This document shows, in pieces, positions 1-10,130 of a stretch of 64,000 nt of DNA (positions within the stretch are counted from its first letter, which is position 1; every line of letters begins with the position of its first letter). A program made the position numbers and the translations under genes. The stretch is from the IMG/VR virus record IMGVR_UViG_3300009671_000009, positions 1 through 64,000 of that record, one strand, 5' to 3'. The notes under the pieces were generated by a model. That model was not told the origin of the DNA. It worked only from the letters and a program-made list of their open reading frames with translations, and searched no databases. This DNA is from a virus. Lineage: Duplodnaviria; Caudoviricetes.

Positions 1-55
1 TATGAACTGCCAATACAGCACATGTAAAACAATATAGAAAGGAGAAAGGAATAGC

Positions 56-268
56 ATGAGTACATTAAAGAAGATCGGTAGTAGGTTGGCCACAGCAGGC
101 AAGGCGGTAGGTACAGAGGTAAAGGGTATTGCCCAGGATATCGCAGCAGATCCCAAGGTGAAGAAAGTAACAGATAAGGTAGCTACTGGCGCAGCCAAAG
201 CATTACTTGTTACAGCAACGGTCTTAGCTAAAGGCGCAGACAAAATACTAGATAAGAAAAAGGAGTGA
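56..268 (+). CDS. hypothetical basic protein
   Basis: ORF with AGGA RBS; first of a co-directional run of small genes. Confidence 0.7.
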   Translation: MSTLKKIGSRLATAGKAVGTEVKGIAQDIAADPKVKKVTDKVATGAAKALLVTATVLAKGADKILDKKKE

Positions 269-273
269 GTTAA

Positions 274-507
274 ATGTTGATGTATTTAGACGGAACTTAT
301 TTTGCCATTCTTAATACCCACTTTGAAACTGTCCCGACATTCTTAGAAGCAATGGTTAAGAATCGACTTGTCAGGCTAGGCGCTTTTCCCTATTTCTTCT
401 TAGAGGAAAATGGCAACATCCGCATAACCGTTAGAGTACACGAAAATGCCACACATATGGAAATAGTCAAGAAAGAACTAGAACAAATTATAGAGGAGTG
501 GAGTTAA
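274..507 (+). CDS. hypothetical protein
   Basis: ORF with GGAG RBS, tightly packed. Confidence 0.6.
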   Translation: MLMYLDGTYFAILNTHFETVPTFLEAMVKNRLVRLGAFPYFFLEENGNIRITVRVHENATHMEIVKKELEQIIEEWS

Positions 508-845
508 TGAATAGTTTCTTCGAAAAAGGAATTGCAATCTCTGAAGATGTATACTTGCGCACTGGTGACGCAGCCCAAGCAATAGCAGTACTTGATCGTA
601 CCTGTTCTATGTGTAAGAGTCAATTGCCGTGCCGCTCATGTGTTATTGATCTGAAGCGCGGCGAATATGAGAATCCCAGAAAGGTAGTTATTAAAGAGTA
701 CGCTGTTACTGCCGAAACAAGAATGACATACCAAGCAGGGGAGGTGGTGCATATTCGCCGAAGAAGACCTGAGAGAAAAGAGAAGATTGTCGTCATAGAA
801 AGACATCCGACTATGCCTGGATTCATCAAATTTAAAAGAAAGTAA
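498..845 (+). CDS. hypothetical protein with CxxC pairs (start may be ATG 507)
   Basis: ORF; CSMC...CRSC. Confidence 0.6.
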   Translation: MELMNSFFEKGIAISEDVYLRTGDAAQAIAVLDRTCSMCKSQLPCRSCVIDLKRGEYENPRKVVIKEYAVTAETRMTYQAGEVVHIRRRRPERKEKIVVIERHPTMPGFIKFKRK

Positions 846-854
846 GGTGATACC

Positions 855-1052
855 ATGAAACCAACAGAAGTACAAGCCGAGCTTAACTACATAAGAGCTA
901 AGTTCGGTAGTGGTTCAGCAGTCCATGAGTTCAATAAAACAGTGATTGCCCTGGAACTTGCAGCCTCGTACTGTGACGAACAGGGCAATATTGTTTTAGA
1001 GGACAGAGTCAAACACCTGTTAGAGTGCTTACATAAACTATTAAGGAGGTAA
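855..1052 (+). CDS. hypothetical protein
   Basis: ORF with AAGGTGA RBS. Confidence 0.6.
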   Translation: MKPTEVQAELNYIRAKFGSGSAVHEFNKTVIALELAASYCDEQGNIVLEDRVKHLLECLHKLLRR

Positions 1053-1054
1053 AG

Positions 1055-1432
1055 ATGATGTCAAAAGGATGCGGACATTGCGATCCAGAACTATGTACCG
1101 AATGTGGTGGCTTTGACCCTACTCCATCTGATGAAGAATTAAGGGCGGAGTATGAAGAGCTGCTAAGAGAAGAAGTCATGGATGGTATCCCGTGTGAGAT
1201 GTGCGGATGCTCAGCTGCAGTAGTTTACAACATGTGCAAGGCATGTATTATGGAAACAACAGGTCTCACTGGCGAAGAGGTTGATTCATTGATACAACAA
1301 GATCGTAAGCAAGAATTAGATGAGTTCCAACACTTCGTAGAAAACTACAACCAGTGCGAAGTATGCACAAGCAAAAGAGATGATTGTCATGAGTGTCATC
1401 TCAGACCTGGCTTCTTTAATAAAAACAGGTAG
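1055..1432 (+). CDS. Cys-rich hypothetical protein
   Basis: AGGAGG RBS; several CxxC motifs. Confidence 0.7.
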   Translation: MMSKGCGHCDPELCTECGGFDPTPSDEELRAEYEELLREEVMDGIPCEMCGCSAAVVYNMCKACIMETTGLTGEEVDSLIQQDRKQELDEFQHFVENYNQCEVCTSKRDDCHECHLRPGFFNKNR

Positions 1433-1447
1433 AAAGGAGGCTTAATT

Positions 1448-1714
1448 ATGTTTAGAGATGAATCTAAGCATTGCAAAGATTGTAAGGTTACGAATGAACG
1501 AGAGAAAAAAGCGAGTGACTGTAACTTATGTTGTAACTGTGGTGGAATTGTCGTCAATCAAGGGTGCGCTTCATGTGGAGCTGGTTATGCTACAGAGGAT
1601 TATCCAGATGCATCTGCCTCCTGGATGGAAGATCCCTGTCAGGGATGTAATTCTACAGATTGTGAAGATTGCCCCCCATACGAAAGATACCTTGAATATT
1701 TAAAAAACAGGTAG
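1448..1714 (+). CDS. Cys-rich hypothetical protein
   Basis: AAGGAGG RBS; several CxxC motifs. Confidence 0.7.
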   Translation: MFRDESKHCKDCKVTNEREKKASDCNLCCNCGGIVVNQGCASCGAGYATEDYPDASASWMEDPCQGCNSTDCEDCPPYERYLEYLKNR

Positions 1715-1758
1715 ACACCCATTGTGGACTACAGAGCCTGTTCAAAGGAGAATGTATC

Positions 1759-2241
1759 ATGTTAGAAATTAAAATTAAAGTTCCACTGAGTCTTATAGGT
1801 AAGCTTACGTCGTTTGTTGCAAAGATAGCCTTACTTGCAGATCAAAAGGTCGATCTCAGCAAAAAAGAAAGCAAGACAGGAAAGATAGTATCGTATCGCT
1901 ACAATATTTTAACTGGTACTGCAACAATCTACATTAGTGAAGAGTTTGTATCTGATTATCTAGATCTTTACGGCAACATAATCCTCAGCGGTTTCATGTT
2001 CGGCAAGAGCCTGGCAGATGCAATTGATACCGAATCTAAATTAACACAGAAGTGGTTTTTAGATAGCAACACCGCCGATGTGATAATTCCTGAAGAGGAA
2101 GAAGAACCAGACGTTACTGTAGAAGACTCGCCAATTGTAAACAGGCCGTGTATTTGTTGCGGCAACGTTGATGTACCAATGACCCTTGAGGAAATAGAGA
2201 AGGGTTGTATTGCACTGTGTCCTGTCTGTAAACAAGCTTAA
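1759..2241 (+). CDS. hypothetical protein with C-terminal zinc ribbon
   Basis: AAGGAG RBS; CICC...CPVC. Confidence 0.7.
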   Translation: MLEIKIKVPLSLIGKLTSFVAKIALLADQKVDLSKKESKTGKIVSYRYNILTGTATIYISEEFVSDYLDLYGNIILSGFMFGKSLADAIDTESKLTQKWFLDSNTADVIIPEEEEEPDVTVEDSPIVNRPCICCGNVDVPMTLEEIEKGCIALCPVCKQA

Positions 2242-2740
2242 GGTCGAAACGGGGGGCAGCCCCCGTCCTAGCGTGAGGCGCTAGCTGATGATGACCATCA
2301 GATAATACAAGAAAGGAGGAATGTCCAATGTACATTATGGGGTTACTCATGGTAGCGGTATTTGGAATTAAGTTCCTTATCGTCTACCACTACAACTTTG
2401 CTTAAGCTTAATTAAAATCTAACCAGAAGGGGGTGAGACCACTATGCCTAAAAGAATGATTGTTATCCAATCAACAGAAGGCGAACGCGCATATGAAGTT
2501 GTAACGATCCCGACATGGCCACTTGTTCTTATCTTGGGAATATATTACAACGCTGTATTTGTGTGGCCTAAAGTAGCAGAGATCATCTTTGATTTAATGC
2601 CACTACAATGACACTTAGGAGGTGATTGTTTTGAAACGAAGAGGCTTCTGGTTCTGGCTAGGCGCAATATGCACGCTATTCGTTGGCTTGCTATTCGCGA
2701 TGTCCCTCGATTACATTAAGAAATAAAGGAGTAGTGTCTA

Positions 2741-3184
2741 ATGAACCTACTAAACACAAATCCTCTCACCATGAAAAGTGAAATGTCAGCAGAAAGACAG
2801 CTTAGAACTGCAAACGGTATCATTGCCGTGATGTTTCTCATCATAGTAGGCATTCTTATCTCTAACTGGATAGGCGCAGCAAATAAAGTACGCCATGATA
2901 AAGAAGTGCGCCTGCAGCAAGAACGAGATAAGGCCCAAATTGCTATACTGGAAGATGAGAACGAACTTCTACGAAAAGAACTCAAATCTCTGAATGCTCG
3001 TGTTGACCAATTGATCGCTATCAGTAAAAGATCAACCACAGTGAACCATTATTATTATTACTTCTATGAAGGCGAATTGGTTGAGCAAGAGACCGAGAAA
3101 GTAGAATGGACACAAGGTAGCCCTGACCCACATACTATGCAACTGCCTAGAACAAAACCATTTGAAAGGAGGGAAGAACAATGA
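2741..3184 (+). CDS. membrane-anchored coiled-coil hypothetical protein
   Basis: hydrophobic helix followed by heptad-rich segment; RBS. Confidence 0.65.
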   Translation: MNLLNTNPLTMKSEMSAERQLRTANGIIAVMFLIIVGILISNWIGAANKVRHDKEVRLQQERDKAQIAILEDENELLRKELKSLNARVDQLIAISKRSTTVNHYYYYFYEGELVEQETEKVEWTQGSPDPHTMQLPRTKPFERREEQ

Positions 3185-3444
3185 ATGCAGATTGCAAATA
3201 TCCAGGCATCAAAATTGCAGAAGGTATTATCGAGAAATTCGAAGACCAGATAGAACAGATTCGACTATATCTTCTAGCATGTACTACCATTGGATCCCGT
3301 CCATCTGTCAACGTTATGAAGTCTACCTACCCGTTGTTTGATTTCGATCTAGTTAACCAAAAACAACTAGGTAAGATATTCGTAGGCGGTGAATTGGTTG
3401 TATCTCACCAATGTAAAGAGATAGCTCGGTTCAAGCTTATATGA
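3181..3444 (+). CDS. hypothetical protein
   Basis: ORF, overlapping start/stop, RBS. Confidence 0.6.
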   Translation: MNADCKYPGIKIAEGIIEKFEDQIEQIRLYLLACTTIGSRPSVNVMKSTYPLFDFDLVNQKQLGKIFVGGELVVSHQCKEIARFKLI

Positions 3445-3485
3445 ACGACTTAGTGACCACTGACTAGGTAAACACCACCACAATA

Positions 3486-3926
3486 GTGGCAGAAAGGAGG
3501 GTTGGAGACTTTGTGCAACAAAAAATTATATATAAAAAGGGGGATGGTTGCAGCATGAAGTCTCCAAAGTTAGACTTGTTTGTGTTCAGTGGATGTGAGA
3601 ATTGTCCTCTGAATAAAAACGGCGGCCCTTGTGACCGCAAAACATTTGAGGTGGAAGTCCGCTTTCACACAGATCATTTCAAGGATGGTATCCACTTCAG
3701 GCTATGGCGTAAGACTGAAAAAGTACGTGGGGATGCCGTGATAGATAGCGGTATCATTTATTGCATCAAGGCTTTCTCCACTGAAGTGAAACACCTCTAT
3801 GATTACGTCTGGTTTAGTGAGCGGACTGTTAGTGTCAGGATGATGATGCCTAAGAAACCAAAGAAGAAAGCTATAACATCTTATGGGCAGCGTTTTCTAA
3901 GAAGCCAATCCTCAAGGAAGGAGTGA
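3486..3926 (+). CDS. hypothetical protein (start uncertain)
   Basis: 146-aa ORF; AGGAGG at about 3496 suggests a later GTG start. Confidence 0.55.
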   Translation: MAERRVGDFVQQKIIYKKGDGCSMKSPKLDLFVFSGCENCPLNKNGGPCDRKTFEVEVRFHTDHFKDGIHFRLWRKTEKVRGDAVIDSGIIYCIKAFSTEVKHLYDYVWFSERTVSVRMMMPKKPKKKAITSYGQRFLRSQSSRKE

Positions 3927-4398
3927 ACTGACAGTGAGGCTACACGATACGGCCCGTAAGTAGCCCACCACGTCCTGGGTAAGACGTTAAACTGCATCCT
4001 AGAATAAGGAGCGCCAGTGCGCAATGGGCTGGAGAGATCTATAGAGATCCGCGCCTAGAATAGGAGGATTACTACCATGCGACAGCACGAACTGGGCCAT
4101 TTAAACCACCCTATCGCAGGATGGAGAGGGGTGATGCCTGTCTAGCACGGAGGCTAGATGAACGGCAGGGCTTTGGGTGCGGCCCATCGCCACTAAATCG
4201 CACCCGAAACATCGACTTAGTTTTCACTAAAGGATTGGGCCAAATAAAAACAAAACAAGGAGTGTTGTTCAATGTTTAAAACTGTAGAGATATTCGGATA
4301 CCCTGTTTGTTGGAATGCAATTATCAGTACGATCAGCGTTGTTGGCGTAACATTATTATTCTTCATTGGTGCCTATCGTCTCGAGAGGAGGAATACCA

Positions 4399-4584
4399 AT
4401 GGCAGAAGTAATTAACTTAGAACAATACAAGCAACGCAAGGAAGCGAATCGCAAGAAACTAGAGGAGCTTTTATATAGTGCGGTCGCTAAGATGAACGCA
4501 GAAGCCAGTAAGTGTCCTGTTGAAGCAATAGATCGTTTGTTGTGGGACTTAGGCTACAGTCCTGAAGATTTGTTAGATCCATGA
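4399..4584 (+). CDS. hypothetical protein
   Basis: GAGGAGG RBS before ATG 4399. Confidence 0.65.
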   Translation: MAEVINLEQYKQRKEANRKKLEELLYSAVAKMNAEASKCPVEAIDRLLWDLGYSPEDLLDP

Positions 4585-4609
4585 ATAAAAATATTAGGAG
4601 GCGATTGCA

Positions 4610-4978
4610 ATGTCAAAAGTAGTAGAGTACAAAGGCAAGATCTATTTGTGGTACAAGACCAACAGCGCAGGGTTTGCTCAACTGATCAACGAGAATGGTA
4701 TCAAGTTTACTGGTACTCCTCTTCCTGACAAATTAACAGTACTTAAGGAAGTACCGACCATTGATTTCAATGGTAATAAGTATGCCATAACCAAGAAGGG
4801 AATCTTCTCTTGCACTACAGGAGAAAGAATCGTACATCCTGAGATACTTAGCCGTGCTAACAAACTGGTACAGGAATTGCAACAACACGAAAGATATTAC
4901 TGTGTGGTATGCCACAAGAACATTGTGGATGTAGACAATGGGTTCGACACATGCCCAGAATGTGCCAATAAAATATGA
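4610..4978 (+). CDS. hypothetical protein with C-terminal zinc ribbon
   Basis: AGGAGG RBS; CVVC...CPEC. Confidence 0.7.
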   Translation: MSKVVEYKGKIYLWYKTNSAGFAQLINENGIKFTGTPLPDKLTVLKEVPTIDFNGNKYAITKKGIFSCTTGERIVHPEILSRANKLVQELQQHERYYCVVCHKNIVDVDNGFDTCPECANKI

Positions 4979-4991
4979 GGAGGCGTTTATT

Positions 4992-5645
4992 ATGGCAATG
5001 ATTATCTTAGACCGTTTGAACCAAAAGCTTAATGTGGAGCAAGTACGTACTGCAATGCTTGAGAATCCTCTGGTCAAAACCAAGATTCGTCGTGAGATAC
5101 TTACTATCAAATTAGTGCCCGTTGGTACTGGATATCTCACCAAGAAATACATTACAGGTAATGCAACATGGAAAAGCGACAAGATCAACTTTAGCGTTGG
5201 GCTAATAGGCAATCTTTGTGAGCTCAAAGACGGCAGACAAGCCCTAACTCTACAGAAGATCAATGGCGTATACTTGAATGAAGCATGGTATAGACGCCTT
5301 GATGAAATCCTTGAGAAGATCTTAAGAAATCTTCTCCCTTGTATCCTCAAGATTAATCCTGAAGAGATGGAGTTTACTGAGCCTGTTGTGGGCGCAACTG
5401 GTAGAGAAATTGCCCTGATTAACCCTGGTAGTTGGGGCAAACAGTCATGTGGTAACTTCGAGTGGTCTGAGGAAGCCAAGGCAAGGATGCAACACGGCGC
5501 AACCCTACATAAGTGGTGTTCAAGATGCGCCCATCTCAAGGACGCTGAGGGTGAAACCCTATGTCCTGTTGCAGCCCAGATTGCAGCTAACAGAAGAGCA
5601 CCATTGGCACAAGATGAGCCCCAGTTAAAATTAGCAATGGTGTAG
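4992..5645 (+). CDS. hypothetical protein
   Basis: GAGGAGG RBS before ATG 4992; followed by terminator. Confidence 0.7.
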   Translation: MAMIILDRLNQKLNVEQVRTAMLENPLVKTKIRREILTIKLVPVGTGYLTKKYITGNATWKSDKINFSVGLIGNLCELKDGRQALTLQKINGVYLNEAWYRRLDEILEKILRNLLPCILKINPEEMEFTEPVVGATGREIALINPGSWGKQSCGNFEWSEEAKARMQHGATLHKWCSRCAHLKDAEGETLCPVAAQIAANRRAPLAQDEPQLKLAMV

Positions 5646-5647
5646 AG

Positions 5648-5681
5648 AGAGGCAGCTTTATTGGCTGCCTCTACTTTTTTT
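5648..5681 (+). terminator. intrinsic terminator
   Basis: AGAGGCAGC/GCTGCCTCT stem plus T-run. Confidence 0.75.
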
Positions 5682-5700
5682 AAAAAGGAGGCGCAAACAG

Positions 5701-6285
5701 ATGAGAAAGTATCTTGTATTATTATTAGTTCTTATTATCTCTGTATTCTATATTGTTCCTGTCATCTCAAGTGCCTATGAGAGACAGCTTGAGTTTGAAA
5801 GACAGAAACAACTAGAAGAGATAAGGAGACAAGCCGAGGAGGCAGAGAAAGCAAGACAACAACAGATCAGAAATACAGTACGTAGTATTATGAATCGATA
5901 CAACTGTGATGATGAGGAACTTCTCGAAATCATCATGGATCAACAGGAGGTGATGAACCCTGTAGTAACAGCTATAGTGATTGGTATTGAGTCTGGTTTC
6001 AGAAGGAATGCCCGCAATAGATATTCTGGCTGCGAAGGATTGATGCAGATTCATACAGTACATAAACTCAAGAATCCTTACGATGCACGCTCGAATATTG
6101 AGTTTGGCACCAGATACCTGAGAGAGTTACACTTAAGGTTTGGCTCGATAGACCTTGCTCTGGCTGGCTATAATGCTGGCCCTGGACATGTAGTCAGGTA
6201 TGGTGGCATTCCGAACTTCAGAGAGACCAAGAACTATGTTAAGAAGTTCAATCAAATGTATGAGGAGGTATCGCTGTATGTCTGA
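5701..6285 (+). CDS. membrane-anchored lytic transglycosylase (SLT domain)
   Basis: N-terminal hydrophobic helix; ESGF, GLMQ, ALAGYNAGPG, ETKNYV motifs. Confidence 0.9.
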   Translation: MRKYLVLLLVLIISVFYIVPVISSAYERQLEFERQKQLEEIRRQAEEAEKARQQQIRNTVRSIMNRYNCDDEELLEIIMDQQEVMNPVVTAIVIGIESGFRRNARNRYSGCEGLMQIHTVHKLKNPYDARSNIEFGTRYLRELHLRFGSIDLALAGYNAGPGHVVRYGGIPNFRETKNYVKKFNQMYEEVSLYV

Positions 6286-6421
6286 TGAACGTAATAGAGA
6301 ACTATGTGAGATTCAGGTTCTCTATCTGTTTGGCAAGATCCATGGTATGCATGATTATTCATATGATCAGATTGCTTACCGATGGTATTTTGGAGTATAA
6401 TAAAAAATAGGAGGTAGTATT

Positions 6422-7042
6422 ATGAAAAGAGAGAAATTACAAGTTCATGGAGAACCTACTTGCTCTAGTTGTGGAGGACATCTTGAAATCCTAGATGAGG
6501 TAACAAACCATTTATGCTGTGATACCTGTGGGTATGAGGAAGACTTACTTGGTGTTATCAATCCAGGTGCATACGTCGATGATGAGTTCGATCCCTTGGC
6601 TGATAACATCATGAAAGAACATGAATGTGGTAATGGTATTGATACCTCTATCTTAGAAGAATCCAAAGTTGAACCTTGTTCTCAAGACTGCAAGGAGTGC
6701 GATGAAACATGCTACGGCAAACTTGCAATATGCTTTGATGATTCTGCATGTATGGACGGACACACCGATTACAGTCATTGTGATAATTGTTTCAAACATC
6801 AAATGACGGAACATCCTGAGCTAAATTGCTGGGACGTTAATGATTGTACCAAATGTGACTCTGTTAAATGTGAAAGGAGTCCGCACTTTGAAAGTCCCAA
6901 GTGCAGTATCGATGGAAGGTTATGCAACAAAGAGTCCTGTGAAGGCTGTTCCCTTATCTGTAAGGGCTGTGGCTACCCAGAAGGCGATTGCAGATGTGGC
7001 AACACAGTCTACGAAACATCTCATGATTACTATAACAGATAA
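6422..7042 (+). CDS. very Cys-rich hypothetical protein
   Basis: AGGAGG RBS; many CxxC motifs. Confidence 0.7.
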   Translation: MKREKLQVHGEPTCSSCGGHLEILDEVTNHLCCDTCGYEEDLLGVINPGAYVDDEFDPLADNIMKEHECGNGIDTSILEESKVEPCSQDCKECDETCYGKLAICFDDSACMDGHTDYSHCDNCFKHQMTEHPELNCWDVNDCTKCDSVKCERSPHFESPKCSIDGRLCNKESCEGCSLICKGCGYPEGDCRCGNTVYETSHDYYNR

Positions 7043-7280
7043 GGCCTACGGCCTTTACCTCCTAGCTAGATTGTCTTTAACAAAGGGGCCTACGGCCCTT
7101 GGGTCACTGCCACAAGTCTCTTGAGGTTTGTGGTAATGGAGAGGCTTTCCACAGGAAGGCTTCTCCCCCAAATAATATGATATCAGGAGGATTATTATGG
7201 AAAGAAAATGTACGAAATGCGGGGAAATGCTGCCATTTGAGGCATTCTATAAACACAATTATGTAGCGATTGTCATAAAA

Positions 7281-7306
7281 AGATCCCTCCCCGAGGGGAG
7301 GGATCT
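7281..7306. repeat. near-perfect palindrome
   Basis: AGATCCCTCCCC-GA-GGGGAGGGATCT (12-bp arms). Confidence 0.85.
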
Positions 7307-8050
7307 GGGAGGGGGCTCAGGTAAGTTGAGGTTATCAATCTTACCTGAGTGGGTCAACCTCTTTGAGGTCTGACTAGGTAGTGTGTTAGTCTCTTTGAGG
7401 CTAACTACGATTTTGTATAATTATAACAGTAGTCTTCATGAATTGTTATTTTAGTGATATTACCCTCTAGGGAAAAATGTCACTTTGATGAAATAATATT
7501 CATGAAGAAAGTATAATTATTCGAAGGAGGTGAAGACATGAACTCACCGATAGAAGAAACAAACAAGAAGATACTCTGGGCTTGTTGTATCTTAACCGTG
7601 GTATTCTACATTATAGGTCAGTTAGTCTCCCGACCCTGATTCTGTCACAGCGAGAATTTTAATATCGAGCGGGGTGGGAGATAGCCGATTTGACCTAGTG
7701 GACTAATTCTGAGATATGAATTCTAATGAATCAACATCTTGAGTACCACTACTTGACCTTGTAGTTCAATCATCAGTTAGAGACCAACTATATCTGATGA
7801 GGAAATTCTCTCTATGTAAAACTCATAACTTCGTAGTTAGATACTATATCATGATAAATTATAAAAATGGAGGTTTGATAACTATGACACATCCTATCGT
7901 TGAAGCTAATCAAGATTTAGAGATGTATAATGTAGGTAAGGTTATTTCGAGAGAGACTCATACAGTTGGTGTATTAACCAGACCTAGTACTAGGCAGAAT
8001 ATGATTTCTGCCTCTTTTTATGCAAATAAATAAATAGGAGGAATGTACAT

Positions 8051-8455
8051 ATGGATAAAACTGTTTTCGCCTGCTTGTGTGAAGGTCTTAAAACTGCTAG
8101 TGAAACTATGGCCAAGGAAGGTAACCGTCCTCTTGATGTCGATTATATTATACGGCATGGAGACAAGGCAGTTACCGATGTTATTCTAGCCATAGCAAAC
8201 ATCGACCCAGCTTGGTTTCTTGTTGATGAGAAATCAATGACAGCCTTGTTGTGTGCGAAGTATCCTGAAAAAGCATACAAAGTTGTCGTTGAGAAAACCG
8301 AGCACTTTACTGATGAAGAAATCTGTTATACTTTCGATTTAAATCCGAGAAAGTTCAGATTAGCCAAGCAAGTAAACAGTTCAGGTAGAACTGACTTAGC
8401 CGAAATGGTTAAGAATAACTACCTGTCTGTTGAAGCTGCTGTTTCCTTCTTATAA
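8051..8455 (+). CDS. hypothetical protein
   Basis: AGGAGG RBS. Confidence 0.7.
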   Translation: MDKTVFACLCEGLKTASETMAKEGNRPLDVDYIIRHGDKAVTDVILAIANIDPAWFLVDEKSMTALLCAKYPEKAYKVVVEKTEHFTDEEICYTFDLNPRKFRLAKQVNSSGRTDLAEMVKNNYLSVEAAVSFL

Positions 8456-8694
8456 GCCTTGGAGTCAATATCCCAAGAAAGAAGATAAACATGATTCTAT
8501 ATGTGATTGAGTACGAAAACTACAAACTTATATTCTAATTAAGGAGACTCCATTTCTAATATGGATGTCTCCTTTTTAGTTGAGGTTAAAAACCTTTGAG
8601 GTTACTAGGAGAATCTTTTTCCAGTAGTTGGTGAACTGAATCAAAATCTATATTGGTTCAGTTAATCTTAAATCAAAGAAAGGATTGGTGCTAA

Positions 8695-10032
8695 ATGAAC
8701 GAATTGTTACAAAGACAACCGAAGTTCGAAAATCTAATGGCGGAATTCAAAGTAGTCGATATCCAGGAGATTATCGCTGGACGCAAAATTCAGGTGACCG
8801 TTGATTTAACGGACAAAAATGCCTGGATTAAGCACACCCACTTTGACCGCACCGACGGCACTCGGACGGAGCACATGATTCCTGTAGGACTTGTCAGAAT
8901 TACGTGTGAATACCTAAGCCCGACTGAAGCGCTGCTTCGGAGAAACGATTTCGGTGACTACCATGGTTGGTACGCGACCATTGACGACATCGAGTATGAA
9001 TTCGCACCTGAAGAAGATGAAGAACCTCAGAAGTTTACCAGACCTGGCATGAGTCGTCAACCGAATCGTGACCTCGGCTGCATGGCAGCTAAACTTAATC
9101 TTGGCTGGGACAACGAAGGCAAAGCCATTGAGTTGCCAGAAGAACTCCTAGCCGAACTTGGTAATGATGCGTACATCATTCACCGTGACGACGATTGCGG
9201 TATCAGAAAGCGCAGCCTGATTTTCAGTGAAAAGTTTATGGAGGATATTCTCGCAGCGACAACCATCGCTGGCTGGGAAGTAATCGAACATAGCTTCACC
9301 AAATCAGGCAGGATTAAAGTCCTGTTTACTGTGCCCGCTTGTCAGCACCATGCGGCTTGCAACCAAAAAATGAAGTACAAATACTTCCCGTCGTTGCATA
9401 TTCCGTATCTCGGTCAAGAAGTCGAGAAGGCGACGACAGGTGCAACTCGGTATTTGGCAGCGTCCGTGGCTGGCATGGTTGCTCTGATGAAAGACCCCGC
9501 GATGTTCAAACCTGGTGTGTATTCGGCTCGCGGAATTCAACCGAAATATCGGAACAAATCCGACCAAAGAGCCAAATGTACATCTTGTATCATGCGCAAA
9601 ATCGTTGGTCGTTCCAACGATGAAGAGGCCGAAATGGGTCAGAGCTCAATTGCTCAAATGAAGACCGACGGTCTTGACCCAGTATGCGGATGTGTGCTTA
9701 CTGGTGAATGGAACGAAGCCGCTTGGTTGGCTCAGAATGAATGTAACCAAGCTGGTTTAACTGGCGATATCGCTCGTTCAGTTATCTGGAAGGCTGAAGG
9801 TTCCCAAGCATGTGAACGCTACATGTGGGATATCAGATTCAGTGGTCGGAATAAGTTTGACGCTGACCGCAATCCTGAATCGGTTGGTTTCTTCAGAGCA
9901 TGGATTCCTGCTTCAAGAACCGCTGATTTCGTTGACAACACAATCGTAACCAGAATGCCTGGTGTCGTAGTTATCAATGATATTATGCCTGCCGAGTTCT
10001 TCGAATGGGCAAATCAGTATGTTTTGGTATAA
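8695..10032 (+). CDS. hypothetical protein (445 aa)
   Basis: long ORF, RBS, downstream terminator. Confidence 0.85.
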   Translation: MNELLQRQPKFENLMAEFKVVDIQEIIAGRKIQVTVDLTDKNAWIKHTHFDRTDGTRTEHMIPVGLVRITCEYLSPTEALLRRNDFGDYHGWYATIDDIEYEFAPEEDEEPQKFTRPGMSRQPNRDLGCMAAKLNLGWDNEGKAIELPEELLAELGNDAYIIHRDDDCGIRKRSLIFSEKFMEDILAATTIAGWEVIEHSFTKSGRIKVLFTVPACQHHAACNQKMKYKYFPSLHIPYLGQEVEKATTGATRYLAASVAGMVALMKDPAMFKPGVYSARGIQPKYRNKSDQRAKCTSCIMRKIVGRSNDEEAEMGQSSIAQMKTDGLDPVCGCVLTGEWNEAAWLAQNECNQAGLTGDIARSVIWKAEGSQACERYMWDIRFSGRNKFDADRNPESVGFFRAWIPASRTADFVDNTIVTRMPGVVVINDIMPAEFFEWANQYVLV

Positions 10033-10064
10033 CCAGTTGAGATGAGTTTGAGGTAAGTCAGAAG

Positions 10065-10099
10065 AAGGAGACAGCCTTTGCGGGTTGTCTCCTTTTTTT
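10065..10099 (+). terminator. intrinsic terminator
   Basis: AAGGAGACAGCC/GGTTGTCTCCTT plus T-run. Confidence 0.8.
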
Positions 10100-10130
10100 A
10101 TTCTAAAAAATAAATTGGAGGTCGATACTA

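Noticed and set aside
4733-5539. 268-aa minus-strand ORF and other minus-strand ORFs
   Set aside because: Shadows of + strand genes or tRNAs; no RBS or recognisable motifs.
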